DNA of 64,000 nt from a virus, in IMG/VR virus record IMGVR_UViG_3300025860_000003, positions 1 to 64,000 of that record; one strand, given 5' to 3'. The notes under the pieces were generated by a model. The model did no database searches. It had not been told where the DNA came from and worked only from the letters and a program-made list of their open reading frames with translations. Shown in pieces: positions 1-7,611 of this stretch; position 1 is the stretch's first letter; the number at the start of each line of letters is the position of its first letter. The position numbers and the translations under genes are program-made.

Positions 1-126
1 ATAATGTTTGTATTGAGTCTTTTCAAAAATCTTACCTGGAGTTTCTTTCCACTCAAACGGAATATTTCTATCTTCGTACCAACGAGTGGAGACTGGACCC
101 ATCCAATTTGTGCTATAAGTTATCAT
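1..126 (-). CDS. hypothetical protein, 5' part (runs off window)
   Basis: ATG at 126, open frame MITYSTNWMGPVSTRWYEDRNIPFEW to the window edge; AGGA upstream; read by eye. Confidence 0.6.
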   Translation of the reverse strand, partial: MITYSTNWMGPVSTRWYEDRNIPFEWKETPGKIFEKTQYKHY

Positions 127-136
127 AATCGTCCTA

Positions 137-316
137 TTAAAAATGCTTAGTGAATGTTATTTCAAAGTAATCTTTATCGCTTAGATCAATATGGAAATAT
201 GACTTCTTACCATATAGGATTGTCCACTCCATATCATAATCTTGTTTTAGTTTGTCCATTGTTGACATTGGTTCTGCCATCGTTAAACATAGAGTACACA
301 GTAAAGGACTAAGCAT
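137..316 (-). CDS. small hypothetical protein
   Basis: open frame MLSPLLCTLCLTMAEPMSTMDKLKQDY...KHF*; below the 60-aa track cutoff; start uncertain (316 or 280). Confidence 0.45.
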   Translation of the reverse strand: MLSPLLCTLCLTMAEPMSTMDKLKQDYDMEWTILYGKKSYFHIDLSDKDYFEITFTKHF

Positions 317-319
317 TGA

Positions 320-433
320 TTATAATTTTCGGTTGATCCACAAACAAGTTTTAGTAACTATAATAGTGGCTGTGATGATTGATAGTATAATAGCAAATGA
401 TAACAAAAACCCATACATAAATTCTAATAACAT
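320..433 (-). CDS. small membrane protein
   Basis: MLLEFMYGFLLSFAIILSIITATIIVTKTCLWINRKL*, one hydrophobic stretch, packed directly behind the 435 ORF. Confidence 0.5.
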   Translation of the reverse strand: MLLEFMYGFLLSFAIILSIITATIIVTKTCLWINRKL

Positions 434-434
434 G

Positions 435-839
435 CTATTTTCCTTTATCATTATCAGGGAGGTCGTAGTCAGGATCCGCAGGGTCTACTGGGAATGGGAT
501 ATTCTCATCAACATCCATCATCCATTGAGCATAAACCATATCATCTTCTTCGTCAATCTCTACAGCAATCATCTTATCAGCTACGTGTTGGAACATATGC
601 CCCTCGCCTCTGTTTCGATAGACTAGTGATCGTATTGCTTCGGTTATGAAAACAAAGTCACGGGCAAACGTTTGAGAGTCATCCGCAACATCAGTTTCCA
701 TCAACTCATCAAGGAGATAGTTGATCCACTTCTGAACTATCTCTTCAGTCTCACCTTGATACTCATCATATTGCTCCTGAGCTGTAGCAGGCTTTGGTTT
801 AAGTCTTGAAGTTAAATCAATTACATTACCTTTACTCAC
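435..839 (-). CDS. acidic hypothetical protein
   Basis: track ORF 435..1022; more plausible GTG start at 839 with GGAGG RBS, overlapping the stop of the upstream gene. Confidence 0.7.
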   Translation of the reverse strand: MSKGNVIDLTSRLKPKPATAQEQYDEYQGETEEIVQKWINYLLDELMETDVADDSQTFARDFVFITEAIRSLVYRNRGEGHMFQHVADKMIAVEIDEEDDMVYAQWMMDVDENIPFPVDPADPDYDLPDNDKGK

Positions 840-1428
840 CAAAGAAGTCCTCCAAGTTAGATAACCCAGCAGCAACAATCGGTTGCTCAACAGCCGCTTC
901 TTGTGTGTCACCCCAGTCAGCAGGCATACCACCCTTATCTTCAGAGACGCCCCAAACATAACCAAGGTCTGGATAAAATACACCTTGAGTGCGTTTCGGA
1001 TTGCCTTGCGCATCATATGCAAGAGTTAAACAGACTTCACCCATCCTGTTCTGTCGATCTTTACCCCAGAACATATCACACCAATCACCGCTTTCAAGAT
1101 AACGCTGCATGTTGCGGGCATAACCTTCAGCCATAATCTTCTTGGCAAGCGCACCCTTAATACCAGCACGGTCGTTCTTACCCTCAGCCGAGGCAATTTC
1201 ACGTTGATGTTTGATCCACTCTTTCACATTAGACATGTGGAGCGGATCATCAGTCGGGAGGTCAAGAACATTTTGGTGGATGTTCTTATAGGTTGGTGGG
1301 TTCTCAAGCATACGCTTTTCGCGAGCTTTAGCCAGACGCTCTACCGCAGCAGCCTTTTGCTCAGCTGACATTGGTTTGCGTGGTTTACGGATCTTTTTGC
1401 GGACGTAACTTTCAGGTTCTTTAGCCAT
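832..1428 (-). CDS. conserved T4-like phage hypothetical protein with basic N-terminus
   Basis: MAKEPESYVRKKIRKPRKPMSAEQKAAAVERLAKAREKR; GAGTGAG RBS and sigma70 promoter upstream. Confidence 0.75.
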   Translation of the reverse strand: MAKEPESYVRKKIRKPRKPMSAEQKAAAVERLAKAREKRMLENPPTYKNIHQNVLDLPTDDPLHMSNVKEWIKHQREIASAEGKNDRAGIKGALAKKIMAEGYARNMQRYLESGDWCDMFWGKDRQNRMGEVCLTLAYDAQGNPKRTQGVFYPDLGYVWGVSEDKGGMPADWGDTQEAAVEQPIVAAGLSNLEDFFGE

Positions 1429-1457
1429 AATCTTAATCTCACTCAATTTGAACAACA

Positions 1458-1486
1458 AGTATACTATAGTCTATGTAGGATGTCAA
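1458..1486 (-). promoter_or_regulatory. sigma70-type promoter
   Basis: TTGACA-17 nt-TATACT. Confidence 0.7.
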
Positions 1487-1498
1487 CCTTTTTTTGAT

Positions 1499-1804
1499 CT
1501 ATCTGCCGATATGGGTTAAATCAGAGTTGGGCACGACCATGTATCCACCTTTATTGTATGCTATTGATACGGTGTAATTCTTTGATACTTCGCGCTTGTA
1601 TGAATCGTCGACTTGAACGTTAGACGATGGGGGAGTGAGTGGAGCAGACATATAATCATTCTGCTCCTCTCTTCGGTATGGCACTGCCTTAACTGGCATC
1701 TCTCTGAATGCGGGCTTATACTTCTTTGTTGTATTTAATGCCTTTGTTTTACGCTTACGTCCAGACATATCATATCTCAATGATCCAGCAGTCGTACCTT
1801 TCAT
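1499..1804 (-). CDS. hypothetical protein
   Basis: 101-aa ORF, C-terminal YTVSIAYNKGGYMVV motif of the kind seen in T4-like phage hypotheticals. Confidence 0.7.
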   Translation of the reverse strand: MKGTTAGSLRYDMSGRKRKTKALNTTKKYKPAFREMPVKAVPYRREEQNDYMSAPLTPPSSNVQVDDSYKREVSKNYTVSIAYNKGGYMVVPNSDLTHIGR

Positions 1805-1807
1805 AAT

Positions 1808-2809
1808 TTATTCTCTCAGTAGCTTACTAAACAGTTGGAGCCATTCACTCTCTCTGTAACTCCAATTATAAAAATTGTCAATATATACTTTAGCCATTTC
1901 CAACTTACTTTGCTGTCCAGCAGAGCGATGGCTGTGTATGGCATTGACCAATGTCTCAATGAATTCATGCGCATGGCTATTGGGATCTTCATGATACTGG
2001 TACATTGTCGCAAACCCAGCAGTCGTTTCTGGTAATGCTGCATGATTAGGACAAACAATCTCGCATCCAGCACTCATAGCTTCTATAGCAGCAATACATG
2101 AAGTCTCTTGCCAAATGTTAGGATATGCAAAGATATGTGCTTGTTTTAGAGCTTCACGCACAACATCATTAGGCTGATAACCATGATACGTCATATTTGG
2201 ATGAGAGTCAACCTTTTCAAACACACCTTTATATGGGATATCTCTATCTGCCCAACCATAAGCATTGAATGACGAATACACATCAAGGTGTAATTCCACC
2301 TGATCTTTAAAGTGATTACATATCCACTCAAAGCAAGGAACAAGAATCTCAAGACCGCGATGAGGAGTTGTGTGATAGATTAGGTTGATTCGCTCGGTTG
2401 GCTTTGGTTCGGTCAACACGATTGGATCGATAGCATTGTGGATAACATGCGTTTCTTTATAGCGAAGAGCATGTTGATAGTGGAATGATTGCATCTGGTG
2501 ATTGCTCACAAATACAATTTTATCAAACTTATTCCTGCTGCTCGGCTTACTTAGATGGGCAGCTTCTGGATCATCACAAGTGTCATGCAGAAGAAGAATG
2601 TTCTTTTTAGAAAGATCAATACTATCTTCACGAACTCTAGAATGGATCACATTGATCTTATCATCAAGCCCATTCCTTTCTAAGATATCAGTTATCCGTT
2701 CAGCCATCATTTCCGTGCCGCCTTTAGCGTCAGCATATGTGCCGTCAGCTTGGGGTTTCGGAAACGAGACATCAACCATTTCTTCTTCTGCAATGACATC
2801 AAGGCTCAT
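1808..2809 (-). CDS. glycosyltransferase, GT-B fold (GT4-like)
   Basis: GGTE N-terminal motif, VFVS, YHTTPHRGL, and ETSCIAAIEAMSAG (EX7E) motif. Confidence 0.85.
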   Translation of the reverse strand: MSLDVIAEEEMVDVSFPKPQADGTYADAKGGTEMMAERITDILERNGLDDKINVIHSRVREDSIDLSKKNILLLHDTCDDPEAAHLSKPSSRNKFDKIVFVSNHQMQSFHYQHALRYKETHVIHNAIDPIVLTEPKPTERINLIYHTTPHRGLEILVPCFEWICNHFKDQVELHLDVYSSFNAYGWADRDIPYKGVFEKVDSHPNMTYHGYQPNDVVREALKQAHIFAYPNIWQETSCIAAIEAMSAGCEIVCPNHAALPETTAGFATMYQYHEDPNSHAHEFIETLVNAIHSHRSAGQQSKLEMAKVYIDNFYNWSYRESEWLQLFSKLLRE

Positions 2810-3090
2810 TATGCTTCAACTTCCGAGTCAACATGAGCAACAGATTTAATTTTATCCATACGGAAAGATCGCCAGCCATTAGCATTAACGTCCCAAACAG
2901 ACAAAGAAGTTTCCGCAGCTTTCTTAGTGTCACCATCAACTTTAGAAGCAACAGCAGCTGGAAGAATGTCACGTTTAAGAGTACATGTCATAACACGCTC
3001 GTCACCGTTCAGTTTGTCGAATGTAACTTGTAGTACATTCGCGACAAGAAGATCGCGCAATTCGTCACGACTAAATTGATTATAAACCAT
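2809..3090 (-). CDS. WYL_2/DUF2693-like SH3-fold protein
   Basis: VTFDKLNGDERVMTCTL...VWDVNANGWRSFR signature; GAGG RBS before ATG 3090. Confidence 0.75.
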   Translation of the reverse strand: MVYNQFSRDELRDLLVANVLQVTFDKLNGDERVMTCTLKRDILPAAVASKVDGDTKKAAETSLSVWDVNANGWRSFRMDKIKSVAHVDSEVEA

Positions 3091-3129
3091 ACAATACCTC
3101 ATAAAATATCACCGAATTAAATAACAAAA

Positions 3130-3193
3130 GAAGTGGTTCTTCGATCACGTGTCACAGAGCTTTTGGCTCTATCGTGATCCTCGTTGAGACTTC
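3130..3193 (-). ncRNA. candidate structured RNA (nested three-stem element)
   Basis: GAAGU/ACUUC, GAUCACG/CGUGAUC and AUAGAGC-CAAAA-GCUCUGU stems; one pair is G-U on the minus strand but C-A on plus. Confidence 0.5.
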
Positions 3194-3210
3194 CCCATTG
3201 CCTCATATAT

Positions 3211-3381
3211 TTACGCTTTGTCTCGTTTCAACCATTGGTCTACTTCGCAACCGATAAGTGTAACACTTACCACTATTTGTACAGGATCAAACATCACAAT
3301 ACCAGCGACCAGCCCAACAAGACCGATCGTTAAACCAAAGCCGATAGCGGCACGTGTCTTCATAAATTTACTAAACATCAT
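3211..3381 (-). CDS. small membrane protein
   Basis: MMFSKFMKTRAAIGFGLTIGLVGLVAGIVMF..., GGAGA RBS, two hydrophobic segments. Confidence 0.6.
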   Translation of the reverse strand: MMFSKFMKTRAAIGFGLTIGLVGLVAGIVMFDPVQIVVSVTLIGCEVDQWLKRDKA

Positions 3382-3508
3382 TATCTCCAACAAGTCTTCT
3401 ACATTCTTCGAATCTTCGCATTGACGTTCTAACGCCATAAAGGTCGTCTTGATTATCAACCGCAAACGCCAACCAAAATAACAACCAGATCCGAGCAATC
3501 AATAACAT
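3371..3508 (-). CDS. small hypothetical protein
   Basis: MLLIARIWLLFWLAFAVDNQDDLYGVRTSMRRFEECRRLVGDNDV*, starts just after the 3515-3543 promoter. Confidence 0.4.
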   Translation of the reverse strand: MLLIARIWLLFWLAFAVDNQDDLYGVRTSMRRFEECRRLVGDNDV

Positions 3509-3514
3509 GAGTTT

Positions 3515-3543
3515 ATTATACTACATTGCTCAATATAAGTCAA
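3515..3543 (-). promoter_or_regulatory. sigma70-type promoter
   Basis: TTGACT-17 nt-TATAAT. Confidence 0.75.
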
Positions 3544-3807
3544 CTACAATACAACTTTAATATTCTCAGCAGGAACGATATTTAGTTTCTTTCCCTCTAC
3601 AGTAATGGGAATACTATTAGCCCAACTCAGGTATACGACATCACCGACTACCACGTCTTCGACGCTATCGGCTACAGCCAATACAGTTGCTGGCTTAGAT
3701 GATTGATCATCGTCAGGTGTCCCAGTTAGGATAATGCCGCCCATCGTTGTTGTTTCTTTTTCTTCCGCTTCCAGCATGACTAACACGCTATCATTTAACA
3801 TCTTCAT
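3544..3807 (-). CDS. GroES-like co-chaperonin (gp31-like role)
   Basis: LNDSVLV...ETTTMGGIILT mobile loop, VLAV, VVVGDVVY; cpn10 pattern. Confidence 0.85.
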   Translation of the reverse strand: MKMLNDSVLVMLEAEEKETTTMGGIILTGTPDDDQSSKPATVLAVADSVEDVVVGDVVYLSWANSIPITVEGKKLNIVPAENIKVVL

Positions 3808-3810
3808 CTA

Positions 3811-3915
3811 TTATTCACCTTGTTTTAAACGTTCAATTATTTCAATTAAATCATCCATAGCTTCCATATCGCTCTGGGATTCAGTATCAATTTCTAGCTC
3901 AATTTTTATTTTCAT
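3811..3915 (-). CDS. small hypothetical protein
   Basis: MKIKIELEIDTESQSDMEAMDDLIEIIERLKQGE*, fills the gap between tRNA and GroES-like gene. Confidence 0.55.
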   Translation of the reverse strand: MKIKIELEIDTESQSDMEAMDDLIEIIERLKQGE

Positions 3916-3930
3916 CTGTCACACTTTATC

Positions 3931-4006
<76 letters not shown>

Positions 4007-4020
4007 ATTGTTAAGTTGTT

Positions 4021-4049
4021 ATTATACTACACATTTGGGTGAAAGGCAA
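4021..4049 (-). promoter_or_regulatory. sigma70-type promoter for tRNA-Thr
   Basis: TTGCCT-17 nt-TATAAT directly upstream of the tRNA. Confidence 0.75.
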
Positions 4050-4072
4050 GCGTTATTTGGGTAATAGTTGGC

Positions 4073-4225
4073 TTACCATTGGTGGATCACGCCTGCTATG
4101 ATAACAAAGCATGTAATAAAGTTTACAAGGACAATCACCGTTCTTATGGACGCTACAAGATCAGCTTCGCTTTTACTGCCGACTTTCTCGCCCAGTGACT
4201 TAGCCCATAATCGCCACCAACGCAT
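4073..4225 (-). CDS. small membrane protein
   Basis: MRWWRLWAKSLGEKVGSKSEADLVASIRTVIVLVNFITCFVIIAGVIHQW*; pattern recognised from T4-like phage hypotheticals. Confidence 0.65.
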   Translation of the reverse strand: MRWWRLWAKSLGEKVGSKSEADLVASIRTVIVLVNFITCFVIIAGVIHQW

Positions 4226-4347
4226 TAGTCCTTGCCTCTACGACGATCAATGCCAATGTCTGTTACCACAATCAAATATAACACACCAACGATAACACTT
4301 GTGACCATAAGACCAATCATCGCATAACTTAATGTATTTCCTAACAT
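4225..4347 (-). CDS. small membrane protein
   Basis: MLGNTLSYAMIGLMVTSVIVGVLYLIVVTDIGIDRRRGKD*, TAATG coupling to the next gene. Confidence 0.5.
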   Translation of the reverse strand: MLGNTLSYAMIGLMVTSVIVGVLYLIVVTDIGIDRRRGKD

Positions 4348-4364
4348 GTTTAATATATCCATGA

Positions 4365-5000
4365 CTATTCCTCTATTGCCATTATCATACTAGTTTTATC
4401 AACGCCATTGCTTATAAACTCTTGCCCCAACCACTGTATCTCATCATGAAGTTCTAGAGCCATATGCTCTATGGTCTCAATACCAGTCCTCTCACGCTCA
4501 TGAGCATACCAAGCCAACACATTAGATACCTCATGTATTTTATTGTCGATATAAAGCGCATTAGTGTTCGGGTTTGTTGAGTCTCCAGAGACAGCTAACA
4601 AAGAATCAGGCAGGACAATAGTATTCATCACAATTGAGTCGATGTTAAGAACTAACACCTTTCCAGCATTAGCCAATACAACTGGCAAATTTTTGTGTTT
4701 TGAATTTCTATATTCTTTGACACGGTCATCATCAGTCATACCATTAGTGTCTAGTTCTTCAAATGTACATGTAAACTTCTCTTCCACATCATCCATGAGA
4801 AAGGAAACTCTTTCATATACCATCGGAGAAGGATTCACTATATGTACATGGCAAGGCATTCCACCACTACCAGTAACCGACCTGACGAATGCTTCGCCAT
4901 GTTTCATGAAGTACAGACTATCGCAGGCAGCAAATACTACTGGGTTGCATTGCACTATTCCATCAAGATTTTCTTCATCTATAACTATTGTGTCACTCAT
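4365..5000 (-). CDS. nucleotide-diphospho-sugar transferase-like protein (degenerate DxD)
   Basis: VVFAACDSLYF, HVHIVNP, VLVLNIDSIV; coupled to the adjacent glycosyltransferase. Confidence 0.5.
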   Translation of the reverse strand: MSDTIVIDEENLDGIVQCNPVVFAACDSLYFMKHGEAFVRSVTGSGGMPCHVHIVNPSPMVYERVSFLMDDVEEKFTCTFEELDTNGMTDDDRVKEYRNSKHKNLPVVLANAGKVLVLNIDSIVMNTIVLPDSLLAVSGDSTNPNTNALYIDNKIHEVSNVLAWYAHERERTGIETIEHMALELHDEIQWLGQEFISNGVDKTSMIMAIEE

Positions 5001-5719
5001 TGTCCGATAATCCCATATTGTATACCACGATCAACCGCATAATCTTCAACACGATATCCTTCATTTTCAGCTTCATCCACTTTATCCCAAAACAACTCAA
5101 CCAGCTCGTGTTTAGGATGGTCAACAGTTTCGCCAGTAAACCATTTCGGCTTCCATGGCTGGGTTGGCATATGAGTGTAATGTATTTGTTTGAATGGCTC
5201 GACATCACCGTCATGGCTATTCCATGCAGGGTCTAAAGTGCCGATGGGTATCTCTTGTTGTACAAAGTTTATGAACCTGTGGTGTGCTCTTGGATCGACT
5301 TTCCATTGAGCTGACGGCTTTTGACCTTTAAACTTAGAGCAGTCAAATAAGATAACACAGAACTCTTTACCGCCAAACCGTTTGCCGTCTCGGGCAAGCA
5401 TTACATTGTCACCCATATCCATATCAAACAACTCACCAATGTCATGGAAGTTTAACATATCAACATCAGTGTATATTGCTCGTCCTTCAAAGTTACAGTA
5501 TTCGGGGATAGCCCAGCGGAATCCTGAGAATGGAGTAGACCAATTCTGATCAGCAAAGCCATGCCAGAAAGAATTAGGATCATCTGTTTTACGCATCCAA
5601 ACAATTTCAATACTACGAAAGGAATTGTTCCTCAGCGTGTACTCATACGCCATCTCAATCAATGCGTCTTCACCATTAGATGACGTACCAATAAACAACT
5701 TCACAGGATCTTTTTTCAT
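4997..5719 (-). CDS. glycosyltransferase, GT-A fold (GT8-like)
   Basis: KLFIG, STPFSGFRWAIP, GRAIYTDVDML (DxD), IHYT...PW. Confidence 0.85.
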   Translation of the reverse strand: MKKDPVKLFIGTSSNGEDALIEMAYEYTLRNNSFRSIEIVWMRKTDDPNSFWHGFADQNWSTPFSGFRWAIPEYCNFEGRAIYTDVDMLNFHDIGELFDMDMGDNVMLARDGKRFGGKEFCVILFDCSKFKGQKPSAQWKVDPRAHHRFINFVQQEIPIGTLDPAWNSHDGDVEPFKQIHYTHMPTQPWKPKWFTGETVDHPKHELVELFWDKVDEAENEGYRVEDYAVDRGIQYGIIGQ

Positions 5720-5737
5720 AATAACCTCATTATATAT

Positions 5738-6187
5738 TTAAGACTTGAACTCTTCCTTCAACTTACTCACATGCTTACTATGTATCTTACAGCCGATGAA
5801 CTCGTTATAATACTCGTCCCGCAAAAGAACATCTTTCCCAAACTGTTCCTTTGCCTCGTAGTATGTACACTCACCCTTTGTTCTTGCTAGGTGTAGTATC
5901 TCACGTTTGAATGGTGTGCCATTCTCAACTAACAGCTTAACCGACTCACTGGATCCATAATAATCTTTCCAGTCAGACGGAACTTTAGTCTTAACCCTGC
6001 GCTTGCGAGTCTTGGTTACTGGCAGAGTCTTTGGCTTCCAGAAAAACTTCTTACCAACATACATCTTGCCAGTTTCCAATTCAGTCAGGCGATAACAAAA
6101 GCCGACCCATTCCTTTAACTCTTCTTCGGATGGGTCGTATGGTCTGCCTTTATATATCCAAGGGTTTACATAATTATTCGTCTTCAA
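5738..6187 (-). CDS. GIY-YIG nuclease (near the position of T4 endonuclease II)
   Basis: GFCYRL...MYVGKK, WKDYYGSS, YYN motifs; lies just downstream of nrdB. Confidence 0.75.
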   Translation of the reverse strand: MKTNNYVNPWIYKGRPYDPSEEELKEWVGFCYRLTELETGKMYVGKKFFWKPKTLPVTKTRKRRVKTKVPSDWKDYYGSSESVKLLVENGTPFKREILHLARTKGECTYYEAKEQFGKDVLLRDEYYNEFIGCKIHSKHVSKLKEEFKS

Positions 6188-6368
6188 AATCTAACTCGTC
6201 AAGCGCATCAAACTCAATAACGTCACTGAGATCAACTTCTGCTCCACAATAGGGGCAATATAGCGGTGGGTCTGTAATGTCATCCTGATTAAGGAGAATA
6301 ACCTGATATTCACTGCTACATTCTTCACAACATAACGTTGTTACTTCCTTTACTTCTTCTTCCATCAT
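6174..6368 (-). CDS. small zinc-ribbon protein
   Basis: CEEC...CPYCG. Confidence 0.7.
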   Translation of the reverse strand: MMEEEVKEVTTLCCEECSSEYQVILLNQDDITDPPLYCPYCGAEVDLSDVIEFDALDELDFEDE

Positions 6369-6374
6369 TCCTCT

Positions 6375-7574
6375 CTACGATGCGTATGCATCATCCCACG
6401 TTCCTGTAAGACCAGCAACTTCATATTCTGTCACACGGTTCTCAAAGAAGTTCGTGTGGTCTGCACCATTCAATACCCACTCCAACCATGGGAGCGGATT
6501 CTCTTTTACTCTGAAGTTTGTTCGTAAACCTAACTGAAGCAATCTTCTGTCTGTTATATAGCGGATATACTGTTTTACTTCTGCAGCGTCTAAGCCTTCA
6601 ACCTCGCCCATCTTGTAAGCCAGATCAATAAACTTATCTTCTAGCTTCACAGCTTGTCGTGCTATCTCATATATATCTTTCTTAAAATCTTCGTCTACGA
6701 TACGTGGATGCTCAGCGCAGAATGCTTTGAATAGCTTAGAGTTACCCTCAACGTGAATCGACTCATCACGGATAGACCATTCTACAACCTTGCCCATGCC
6801 TTTCATCTTACCATAACGCTGGAAGTTTAGTAGCATTACAAACGATGCAAATAACGCAACACCCTCGTTGAACACAGACTTAGCAAGCGACAATCCGAGA
6901 CCACGCATAGTAGTAACATCATTCTCGGTCATAAAGTCGATCTTATCAGCCATCTCTGAATACTCAAGAAAGGCATGATACTCGCTGTCAGGCAGACCAA
7001 GTGTTTCGTTCAGTAGAGCATATGCTCTTTGGTGGATACCCTCACGAGCAGCAAACGATCCAAGCATATTACGCACTTCATTGTTCTTAAATTTAGGAAC
7101 AAAGTTATCGTAGTAATTCTGACCAACCGCAACGTCTGACTGAGTAAACAAGCGCAGTACATTGGTGATGTAATCTTTCTCTACCTGTGTAACCTTACCC
7201 ATCTTCCAATCAGTAACGTCTTCAGAGAGATCAATCTCGTCTTCGATCCAGTGAGCCTTTTCGTGACGTGTAGTAATATCTACAGCCCAAGGATAATGGA
7301 ATGGTTTGTACGTTTCAGAGAACTCAAGCAGACCGCCAGCTTTCTTAACTAGCGTGTCAGCAATCTTCATAAGATCGTCATATGTTCCAATGTGTTTATC
7401 ATCAATAAAGATCTGCGGTACAGATCGTGCGTTCGGCAGTTTCTGGTAGAACGCCAAACGTTGTTCTTGATCATCTAGCTTGACCTCACGGACAACATAT
7501 CCATGAGTCTCAAACCAATACTTTGCCTTTACACAAAATGGGCAATTACTTTTACTGTAAATTAATACGTCCAA
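6375..7574 (-). CDS. nrdB: ribonucleotide reductase class Ia beta subunit with N-terminal glutaredoxin domain
   Basis: CPFC, SVPQIFI glutaredoxin (about residues 1-80) fused to di-iron REGIH...Y and DESIH motifs; TTG start with GGAGAG RBS. Confidence 0.95.
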   Translation of the reverse strand: MDVLIYSKSNCPFCVKAKYWFETHGYVVREVKLDDQEQRLAFYQKLPNARSVPQIFIDDKHIGTYDDLMKIADTLVKKAGGLLEFSETYKPFHYPWAVDITTRHEKAHWIEDEIDLSEDVTDWKMGKVTQVEKDYITNVLRLFTQSDVAVGQNYYDNFVPKFKNNEVRNMLGSFAAREGIHQRAYALLNETLGLPDSEYHAFLEYSEMADKIDFMTENDVTTMRGLGLSLAKSVFNEGVALFASFVMLLNFQRYGKMKGMGKVVEWSIRDESIHVEGNSKLFKAFCAEHPRIVDEDFKKDIYEIARQAVKLEDKFIDLAYKMGEVEGLDAAEVKQYIRYITDRRLLQLGLRTNFRVKENPLPWLEWVLNGADHTNFFENRVTEYEVAGLTGTWDDAYAS

Positions 7575-7611
7575 TTCTCTCTCCTAGAATATGTATATTT
7601 CATTTGACTCA

